Positions 1-7,088 of a DNA stretch of 64,000 nt are shown here, piece by piece. The notes beneath the pieces are model-generated. The model was not told where the DNA came from, made no database searches, and saw only the letters and a list, made by a program, of their open reading frames with translations. Every line of letters begins with the position of its first letter. Positions within the stretch are counted from its first letter, which is position 1. Source of the DNA: Chitinophagales bacterium (lineage in GTDB: Bacteria; Bacteroidota; Bacteroidia; Chitinophagales; UBA8649); NCBI GenBank assembly GCA_020635975.1, contig JACJYT010000008.1, forward strand, positions 2,443 through 66,442. The letters run 5' to 3'. Made by a program: the position numbers and the translations under genes.

Positions 1-745
1 TATAAACAATAAGCTTACCATCATCCAAGAGCTCATCTGCCATTTGGAAAGCAGCATTCAGGTAGCCACCAGAATTTCCTTGAAGATCAATAATTAAATC
101 TGTCATGCCCTTACTTTTTAAATCTAAGAGGGCATCTTTAAATTCTTCTGGGGTTTTTGCTGCAAATCGATTTACTTTAATATAGCCGATCTTATCCGTA
201 GCCATATAGGCCGCGTCAACAGAGAAAATAGGAATTTTATCTCTCACTATTCTAAAATCTAGTAAAGATTTACTTCCCCCTCTTTTAATTTTCACTTTTA
301 CTTCGGTTCCTTTATCTCCACGGAGTTTTTCTACCACTCCTTTGTTCGAAATACCATTTCCAGCAACTAGAATATCGTTTATAAATACTATTTTGTCTCC
401 TGCTTGAATTCCTACTTTTTCGCTAGGACCTCCAGCAATAGTTGCAACTACAATAATGGTGTCTTCCAAAATATTGAATTGTATTCCAACACCTTCAAAA
501 TTACCAACTAAAGGTTCGTTCATTTCTTCCACTTCTTCCTTAGAAATATAGACAGAATGAGGGTCTAATTCCTTCAGCATATTGATAATTGCGTTGTCCA
601 CAATCTCATTTTTATTCACGTCATCTACATAGAATTGATCGATATAGTTAATGACGGTTTCAATCTTTTGGATGGCTAAATCATTTTCTTGAGCGAAAAG
701 AGACCCATAGAGCATAGAAGTAATAATAAGTAATTTCCTCATCAT
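1..745 (-). CDS. S41 family C-terminal processing peptidase (N-terminal part; 3' end lies beyond window start)
   Basis: Own translation of the minus strand from ATG 743-745. It starts MMRKLLIITSMLYGSLFAQ (signal peptide) and has a PDZ-like GVGIQF..IAGGPSEKVGIQAGDKI and the S41 motif TDLIIDLQGNSGGYL. The frame stays open to position 1. It is absent from the ORF track because it is truncated. Confidence 0.8.
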   Translation of the reverse strand, partial: MMRKLLIITSMLYGSLFAQENDLAIQKIETVINYIDQFYVDDVNKNEIVDNAIINMLKELDPHSVYISKEEVEEMNEPLVGNFEGVGIQFNILEDTIIVVATIAGGPSEKVGIQAGDKIVFINDILVAGNGISNKGVVEKLRGDKGTEVKVKIKRGGSKSLLDFRIVRDKIPIFSVDAAYMATDKIGYIKVNRFAAKTPEEFKDALLDLKSKGMTDLIIDLQGNSGGYLNAAFQMADELLDDGKLIVY

Positions 746-757
746 ACAAATTTAGGT

Positions 758-1573
758 TTAAATAGCGACATTATGCTCACGAAGAGCATCATTCAAAGAA
801 GTTTTTTTGTCGGTCGATGCTTTTCTTTTGCCAATAATCAAGGCACAAGGAACTTGGTAATCTCCCGCCGGGAAGTGTTTGGTGTAGCTACCAGGAATGA
901 CTACCGATCTTTCTGGTATCCTTTTGTTATACTCTATAGGTTCAGAAGAACTTACATCGAAAATTTTAGTGGAAGCAGTAAGAACTACATTCGCCCCTAA
1001 TACCGCTTCCTTCTCCACATGAACACCTTCAACTACAATGCATCTAGACCCAATAAAGCAGTCGTCTTCTATTATTACTGGACTTGCTTGAAGAGGTTCT
1101 AAAACCCCTCCGATGCCAACACCACCGCTCAAGTGAACGTTTTTTCCAATTTGTGCACAAGAGCCCACCGTAGCCCATGTATCTACCATAGTGCCACTGC
1201 CAACATAAGCTCCGATATTAACGTAACTTGGCATCATTATTACACCCGATTCTAGATGCGAACCGTATCTTGCTATAGCGTGTGGAACAACTCGAACACC
1301 CTGGGCTGCATAATTTTTTTTCAAAGGAATTTTATCATGGAACTCAAAAGGTCCTACTTCAATAGTTTTCATAGCACACATTGGGAAATATAAAACAACC
1401 GCTTTTTTTATCCATTCATGTGTTGTCCAAGCTTCTTTCTCTTTCGATGCAACACGAAGTTTACCTTGATCTAAAAGCAAGATTACTTCTTCTACAGCTT
1501 GTTGGTATTTTTCTACTTGAATTAAGGATCTATCTTCCCAAACTTCATTGATAAGATGTTCTAAATTTTTCAT
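758..1573 (-). CDS. dapD: 2,3,4,5-tetrahydropyridine-2,6-dicarboxylate N-succinyltransferase
   Basis: Track ORF 758..1612. Hexapeptide-repeat core GAYVGSGTMVDTWATVGSCAQIGKNVHLSGGVGIGGVLEPLQASPVIIEDDCFIGSRC. I placed the start at the internal ATG (MKNLEHLINEVW) at 1571-1573. Confidence 0.85.
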   Translation of the reverse strand: MKNLEHLINEVWEDRSLIQVEKYQQAVEEVILLLDQGKLRVASKEKEAWTTHEWIKKAVVLYFPMCAMKTIEVGPFEFHDKIPLKKNYAAQGVRVVPHAIARYGSHLESGVIMMPSYVNIGAYVGSGTMVDTWATVGSCAQIGKNVHLSGGVGIGGVLEPLQASPVIIEDDCFIGSRCIVVEGVHVEKEAVLGANVVLTASTKIFDVSSSEPIEYNKRIPERSVVIPGSYTKHFPAGDYQVPCALIIGKRKASTDKKTSLNDALREHNVAI

Positions 1574-1675
1574 ATTTATAGGGATATTACTTTTTGACTT
1601 ACAAATTAACATAAATCATTCCAATTCGTGGGAAACTATTTAGTCTAAATAATTTTTTAATTCTAATTATTGCGT

Positions 1676-1683
1676 TAATTTTG
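1676..1683 (+). promoter_or_regulatory. putative Bacteroidota -7 box TAATTTTG
   Basis: Matches TAnnTTTG about 22 nt upstream of ATG 1705. No clear -33 TTG found. Confidence 0.3.
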
Positions 1684-1704
1684 CGCAAAACTAAAAACAC
1701 GGTA

Positions 1705-2778
1705 ATGAAAAAAGTCTTACTTAGCATTTTATCATTAGGTATTGTTTTGGCTCAAGCCCAAATTTTTATCAATACAAATCCAAATGCAAATAGTTCTCAG
1801 AAAACGGTTCAAGAAACAAAAACAGAAGTTAATACTACAGTAGAAGAAGTTGTTGAGCCTGTTAAAACAGAAGTTAATACGACTAAAACTACAGTAACGA
1901 CTCCAGTAGTCACAAGTCCGGTTGTTACCACACCAGTTGTTACGACGCCAACGCTTACAACTCCAACAGTTACTACAACTACCGTTACTACTCCTACCAC
2001 TACTACAAATTATTCTGCTCCAAAAGTAGCCTCTAATGTTTCTGAGGATGTTCCTCCGAATGCCGTACCTGGTAAATGCTATGCTCGTTGTTTTGTGGAA
2101 GATAAATATGGTTATGTAAATGAGACGGTAGTAGATCAACCTCAAACTACAAAGCAAATGAAACTTCCTGCTTTAGTTAAAACCGTTTTTGATACGGTGG
2201 TTATTACTCCTCAACAAACTAAAACGATTAACATTCCTGCTCAATATGAGACGATTACAGAGCAAGTTATGATAACTCCTGCTACTACTAAATGGGTGAA
2301 AGGCAAAGCAGATGCTGGATGTTTATCTGCCAATCCAGCAGATTGTCAAGTAATGTGTTTGGTTGAAATACCTGCAGTTTACAAAACAGTTTCTAAAGAA
2401 GTACTTAAAAATCAAGCATATTCTCGTGAAGAAACCATACCAATGCAATACAAAGTGGTTGCTAAGGAAATTGTAATTGAAAAAGAACGCTTAGTAGAAG
2501 TGGTTACCCCAGCTACGTATAAAACAGTACAAAAAAGAGTAGTTGTTGAAAAAGGTGGTTACCAAGTATGGAGAGAGATTTTATGCAGTGATGACCTAAC
2601 ACAAGAAAGAATACTTGATATTCAAAAAGCTTTATTAAATGCAGGATATAATCCAGGTCCAATTGACAATGTTTTTGGTGCTATGACCAAGTCAGCGCTT
2701 ATTCAATATCAAAAAGATAAAGGCTTGCCAGTAGGTAATTTGAATCTTGAAACCTTGAAGGCTTTAGGAGTTAATTAA
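1705..2778 (+). CDS. secreted protein with T/V/P-rich low-complexity region, four PAxY(K/E)TV repeats and a C-terminal peptidoglycan-binding (PG_binding_1-like) domain
   Basis: Track ORF 1681..2778 begins at TTG. ATG 1705 gives MKKVLLSILSLGIVLAQAQ (signal peptide). The C-terminus ILDIQKALLNAGYNPGPIDNVFGAMTKSALIQYQKDKGLPV is typical of a PG-binding domain. Confidence 0.75.
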   Translation: MKKVLLSILSLGIVLAQAQIFINTNPNANSSQKTVQETKTEVNTTVEEVVEPVKTEVNTTKTTVTTPVVTSPVVTTPVVTTPTLTTPTVTTTTVTTPTTTTNYSAPKVASNVSEDVPPNAVPGKCYARCFVEDKYGYVNETVVDQPQTTKQMKLPALVKTVFDTVVITPQQTKTINIPAQYETITEQVMITPATTKWVKGKADAGCLSANPADCQVMCLVEIPAVYKTVSKEVLKNQAYSREETIPMQYKVVAKEIVIEKERLVEVVTPATYKTVQKRVVVEKGGYQVWREILCSDDLTQERILDIQKALLNAGYNPGPIDNVFGAMTKSALIQYQKDKGLPVGNLNLETLKALGVN

Positions 2779-2805
2779 TATTGAACTTTCTAGAAATAAA
2801 GAGAA

Positions 2806-2837
2806 TAGTCGAGCAAACTTGCTCGACTATTTTTTTG
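2806..2837 (+). terminator. intrinsic terminator
   Basis: Perfect 10-bp stem TAGTCGAGCA/TGCTCGACTA with a 4-nt loop AACT, followed by a T7 run. Confidence 0.8.
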
Positions 2838-2876
2838 GTATTAATCTTGGTATATTTGTAATATCATTGCTTAATA

Positions 2877-3287
2877 ATGTTGAAGAAAATACTTTTACTC
2901 CATTTAATCATCTTACTTTTTACTTTTAAAGTAAATGCTCAAGAATCTTTTTTTTCGGAATATACTTATGAAGAGGTCTTAGTTCAAGCCAAAGCATTAA
3001 AAAAGCCTTTTTTTATTGATTTTACGGCTTCTTGGTGCTTGCCATGTAAATTAATGGAAGAAACGGTTTTTCAAGATTATGAGGTGAAGAAGTATACGCA
3101 AAACTACTTTATCGCCTTACAGTTGAATGTAGATGATTTTGATGCTATGATTTTGAGGAGTAAATACGACATAAGCAGCCTGCCTTGTATCTTGTTTTTT
3201 GATGAAAACGGATTGCTCTTAGGTAAAGAAATAGGTTTGCAAACGGGAACTAATTTTTTAAAAATTTTGCAAAAATATTCGAACTAA
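2877..3287 (+). CDS. secreted thioredoxin-fold protein
   Basis: Signal peptide plus a CxxC motif in thioredoxin context (FTASWCLPCKLM). Confidence 0.75.
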   Translation: MLKKILLLHLIILLFTFKVNAQESFFSEYTYEEVLVQAKALKKPFFIDFTASWCLPCKLMEETVFQDYEVKKYTQNYFIALQLNVDDFDAMILRSKYDISSLPCILFFDENGLLLGKEIGLQTGTNFLKILQKYSN

Positions 3288-3292
3288 GTTCT

Positions 3293-4531
3293 ATGCAGGG
3301 GCAAGCAAAAATTCACATTATTGGAGCTGGACCAGCAGGAGCTAGCGCCGCCTTGTTTCTAGCTAAGCACGGTATTGCTAGCGTAATAATTGATAAAGCT
3401 TCTTTTCCTAGAGATAAAGTTTGTGGGGATGCTTGCAGCGGAAAGGTAGCGTGGGTCTTAAAAAAGTTAGATATTCCAAATTGGCAAGAATTTATAAGTA
3501 AAAATGACTCCCTTGCTTCATGGGGCGTTAAATTTTATGGCACCAAGAATAATGAACTCCGAGTTCCATTTAAGTTGAATTACAAAGCCGAAGCTGAACT
3601 TGCACCAGGCTTTATAGCAAAGCGAATCGATTTTGATAATTATCTTATTTCCTTAGTTAAAAAGGAAAGCCTTATCGAATTAGTTGAAAATTGCTCCATT
3701 TCCTATTTTCGAAGGGAAGGAAAAACAGTTTTTTTCGGAAATGACAAACTCAATAAGCATTTCCAAAGCGATATTATTTTAGCAGCTGATGGAGCATATT
3801 CTTATGCAGCAAAATGCCTAATGTCGAGCTCTCCTTTGGAGGAAAATAATGCTTTAGGATTGAGAGCTTATTACAAAGGAGTGAAGGGTCTGGATAAGGA
3901 TGGCTTTATAGAGTTACATTTTTTGGAAGAACTCCTGCCGGGTTATTTTTGGATTTTTCCGCTAGCGAATGGTGAAGCTAATGTTGGACTTGGAATGAAA
4001 AGCGATCTAGTTAAGAAGAAAAGAATAAATCTTAAAGAGCTTTTTGAGAAGGTGGTAAAAGAACATCCTACATTTAAAGATCGTTTTGAACATGCCGAGT
4101 TGATAGACCCAATGAAGTTGCATGGCTTACCCTTGGGGGGACATAAGAATATATCCGACGATAATATCCTTCTCTTAGGTGATGCTGCGGCTCTAATTGA
4201 TCCTTTTACCGGCGAAGGAATTGGAAATGCTATGATTTCGGGCATGTTGGCTGCAGAGCTTTTAATAGACTTAGTTCCGGATCGCAATTTTTCAAAAGAA
4301 GCTTTGGTGGCTTATGATAAGTTGGTTTACAGACGACTGGCAAACGAATTGAAACTCAGTAAGAAAATGCAGGATTTAACCAGCTATCCTTGGTTATTTA
4401 ACTTTATAGTGAATAAAGCTAGAGGAAATAAAGAGCTTAGAGAAACTATTTCCTGCATGTTTGAAAATGTAGATCTAAGAAAAAAGCTTAGCAATCCTTT
4501 GTTTTATTTGAGAGTTTTATTCGGCTCGTAA
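3293..4531 (+). CDS. geranylgeranyl reductase family FAD-dependent oxidoreductase
   Basis: N-terminal dinucleotide fold IIGAGPAGASAALFLAK. GDAAALIDPFTGEGIGNAM motif typical of the GGR family. Confidence 0.75.
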   Translation: MQGQAKIHIIGAGPAGASAALFLAKHGIASVIIDKASFPRDKVCGDACSGKVAWVLKKLDIPNWQEFISKNDSLASWGVKFYGTKNNELRVPFKLNYKAEAELAPGFIAKRIDFDNYLISLVKKESLIELVENCSISYFRREGKTVFFGNDKLNKHFQSDIILAADGAYSYAAKCLMSSSPLEENNALGLRAYYKGVKGLDKDGFIELHFLEELLPGYFWIFPLANGEANVGLGMKSDLVKKKRINLKELFEKVVKEHPTFKDRFEHAELIDPMKLHGLPLGGHKNISDDNILLLGDAAALIDPFTGEGIGNAMISGMLAAELLIDLVPDRNFSKEALVAYDKLVYRRLANELKLSKKMQDLTSYPWLFNFIVNKARGNKELRETISCMFENVDLRKKLSNPLFYLRVLFGS

Positions 4532-4559
4532 AAAAAACTTAATTTTTTTCTTAATTATC

Positions 4560-4590
4560 TTGTATTTCAAGGATATAGAAATTATCTTTG
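4560..4590 (+). promoter_or_regulatory. putative Bacteroidota sigma-A promoter (-33 TTG, -7 TATCTTTG) for tRNA-Lys
   Basis: TTG at 4560-4562, a 20-nt spacer, then TATCTTTG at 4583-4590. This ends 18 nt upstream of the tRNA 5' end. Confidence 0.5.
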
Positions 4591-4608
4591 CAGTCCTTTA
4601 AAAATTAA

Positions 4609-4681
4609 GATTCAGTAGCTCAGCTGGTAGAGCATTACACTTTTAATGTAGGGGTCCTGGGTTCGAGCCCCAGCTGAATCA
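4609..4681 (+). tRNA. tRNA-Lys (anticodon UUU)
   Basis: Hand-folded cloverleaf. Acceptor GATTCAG/CTGAATC, D arm GCTC-AGCTGGTA-GAGC, anticodon arm TTACA-CTTTTAA-TGTAG, T arm CTGGG-TTCGAGC-CCCAG, discriminator A. No encoded CCA. Confidence 0.9.
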
Positions 4682-4685
4682 CTTT

Positions 4686-4715
4686 AATCCCGACTTCGGT
4701 CGGGATTTTTGTTTT
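4686..4715 (+). terminator. intrinsic terminator after tRNA-Lys
   Basis: 9-bp stem AATCCCGAC/GTCGGGATT with a TTCG tetraloop, followed by TTTGTTTT. Confidence 0.8.
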
Positions 4716-5148
4716 ATAGAGCTTTAAAAAATTCTACTAATTGCTCTTTTTGCTCTTCACTTAATTTGGCTTCTTTATGAATTAGCGAATAAGAGAAAAG
4801 CGGCATTTCGTCTTCTTCTATCAATTCAATACACTCGTCTATTTTGTGGGCTCTTTTTTCTTCACTCAGATATTTCCAATCGGAGAAGTTGAGATGCTCC
4901 CTGCCTTCGTTAATATGACGTTTAAGATACCAGCTAACAGGAGCAATTTGACTATACCAAGGATACTTCGTTTCATAGGAATGACAATCGTAACAAGCGC
5001 TCTTAAGTAGGGTAGTTATCTCAGCATTGGTTTGATTATACACTAAGAAGTCGTAATCCTGAAAATTTTCGGGAACCGAGCGATCTATTTTAATAAATTG
5101 TATGGCAATAAGTAAGACAAGCAGCGAAATTATTATTTTAGTTTTCAT
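4714..5148 (-). CDS. membrane-anchored haem-binding domain protein (CxxCH)
   Basis: N-terminal TM helix. CYDCH haem c attachment motif followed by YPWYSQIAPVSWYLKRHINEGREHLNFSDW, which resembles the Haem_bd (PF14376-type) domain. Confidence 0.7.
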   Translation of the reverse strand: MKTKIIISLLVLLIAIQFIKIDRSVPENFQDYDFLVYNQTNAEITTLLKSACYDCHSYETKYPWYSQIAPVSWYLKRHINEGREHLNFSDWKYLSEEKRAHKIDECIELIEEDEMPLFSYSLIHKEAKLSEEQKEQLVEFFKAL

Positions 5149-6946
5149 GAAGATTAATTTTTTTTCCTAATAAAGATATGAGCAAATATAAGAGTATAAA
5201 ACCTATCAGATAAAGCAGGTACCAAGGTACTCCAAAAGCAAATAGAACGCCGCCACAAAGTATGCTTATAAAGCCTACAATCAAAGCATAAGGCATTTGG
5301 GTTCTTACATGACTTATATGGTCGCAATGAGAGGAAAGCGAACTGAGAATGGTGGTATCTGAAATGGGGGAGCAATGATCACCAAAAACAGAGGCTGCAA
5401 GGATAACCGAAACGGTATTCAATAAAACTGGCATAAGCCGTTCTAGGTCGATTTGAGTTCCATTTACACTGGCAATTTTGATAACAATTGGAATGCATAT
5501 TGGGTACATTACGGCCATGGTATTCCAACTCGATCCTGTAGCAAAGGATATTAATGCAGATAAGATGAAAAAGATTAATGGCAACCAATAAGCGTTGAAG
5601 TTATCTGGAACCATGGAAGACAGATAATCTGCTGTCTTCAAATTTTCGATTACCCCCGCTAAGGCCCATGCTAAAATCAAAATAACAACCGCAGGTACCA
5701 TAGTCTTGAATCCATCAATCATACTTTCCATGCTTTCTTTTAGTCCACTTGCACCACTAATTAGAGAAACTAGTATAGCAACAGCACAAGCTAAAAAAGA
5801 GGCCCAAATTAATGCTTTATACGAATCTGCATTAGAGAGAACTCCTCTTAGTTTTTCTGTGAGACTAAGCTCACTTGTCCAAATTTCTGGAGAAGAACCT
5901 GTTATCAGAAGACCAATAATTACCATAAAAATCAAACTTAAAACCGGAATGGCAGCATTTAACCAATGACTAGTTTTGTCTGCCTCTCCTTCAACACTTG
6001 TTTTTTGAGGAGAATTAGCCGCCGCTTGTTCTGCTTGTAACATGGGACCAAAATCTTTCTTCAAATAGATTAGAACAAGCATAAAGAATAAGGTGAAAAT
6101 AGGGTAATACGCATATTTTAAAGAGCCTAAAAAGATAGAATAAGCACTTTGATCTATACTGAGAATATTCTGACTTGCAAGTCCTTTTTCTATTTCCGAT
6201 AATTGATAACCAATCCATGTGGTTACGAAAGCAATGGCTGCAATTGGTGCCGCTGTACTATCTACAATATAGGCTAGTTTCTCTCGAGATACCCTAAACT
6301 TGTCGGTAAGAGGGCGCATAGTATTCCCTACCACAAGACTATTGGCATAATCGTCGAAGAAAATCATACAACCCATTAACCAAGTAGCAAATTGTGCTCT
6401 TCGTGCAGACGTGGCCAATTTAGATACTTGACGAACAACGCCATTCATGCCACCATTTTTTGAAATAATATGTACCATTCCACCAATTAAAACAGAGAAA
6501 ACAATGATGGATAAATGTCCAGTTTGAAGTTCACCACCATCGGTATATGCAATGGCTTGAAGCACATAACTGTCTGCTATTTGGAAAAAGCTACTAAAAA
6601 TCTGTTTGAGCTGAAAACCATTAATGGTAAATACGCCGAAAAAAATACCAAGAACTAAGGCTATGTGAACCTCCTTAAAAACCAATGCTATAAAAATTGC
6701 AATTAAGGGCGGTAAAATGGAAAGCCAAGCAGGGAAGCTCTTTCTTTCATCCCCCTTTATCCATTCTAGGCTTTGAGAATCTTCTCGATAGTAAAGTCCA
6801 TCGCTACTTGCACTTATATCTTCTATTATTTCTTCCTCTCCCTGAGAAAGTGGTAAAAAGTCTTCGTCGTAATCTTCGTATGGTCCTCCCGCAAAAGAAA
6901 AATTATAAAACAGTAAAAAGAGATAGCTTATAAGGATATGTTTCAT
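5138..6946 (-). CDS. Na+/H+ antiporter NhaC-family membrane protein
   Basis: 602-aa polytopic membrane ORF with NhaC-like segments (FFDDYANSLVVGNTMRPLTD, GDHCSPISDTT). It has an N-terminal signal peptide plus an acidic extension. Confidence 0.7.
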   Translation of the reverse strand: MKHILISYLFLLFYNFSFAGGPYEDYDEDFLPLSQGEEEIIEDISASSDGLYYREDSQSLEWIKGDERKSFPAWLSILPPLIAIFIALVFKEVHIALVLGIFFGVFTINGFQLKQIFSSFFQIADSYVLQAIAYTDGGELQTGHLSIIVFSVLIGGMVHIISKNGGMNGVVRQVSKLATSARRAQFATWLMGCMIFFDDYANSLVVGNTMRPLTDKFRVSREKLAYIVDSTAAPIAAIAFVTTWIGYQLSEIEKGLASQNILSIDQSAYSIFLGSLKYAYYPIFTLFFMLVLIYLKKDFGPMLQAEQAAANSPQKTSVEGEADKTSHWLNAAIPVLSLIFMVIIGLLITGSSPEIWTSELSLTEKLRGVLSNADSYKALIWASFLACAVAILVSLISGASGLKESMESMIDGFKTMVPAVVILILAWALAGVIENLKTADYLSSMVPDNFNAYWLPLIFFILSALISFATGSSWNTMAVMYPICIPIVIKIASVNGTQIDLERLMPVLLNTVSVILAASVFGDHCSPISDTTILSSLSSHCDHISHVRTQMPYALIVGFISILCGGVLFAFGVPWYLLYLIGFILLYLLISLLGKKINLHEN

Positions 6947-7088
6947 AGTAAATACTTCTTATAAAGTTTTCTTGAGAGAGTAAATATAAACTTTATTTTA
7001 CAATACTTAATGAGGCACAATTTAATCCTATTTAATGGATAATTTTTTTTACCTTCGGAGCACTTTTTACCTCCTAGTTTCTCTCTAA

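Noticed and set aside
1735-2157. Antisense ORFs (1735..2157 and 1809..2000) opposite the T/V/P-rich gene.
   Set aside because: They mirror low-complexity coding repeats (VVT/GVV strings). They have no signal features and lie fully inside a better-supported gene.
4609-4715. tRNA-Lys as an integration hotspot marking a genomic island.
   Set aside because: I found no integrase, no direct repeat of the tRNA 3' end and no compositional break downstream. The neighbouring genes look like ordinary chromosomal genes.
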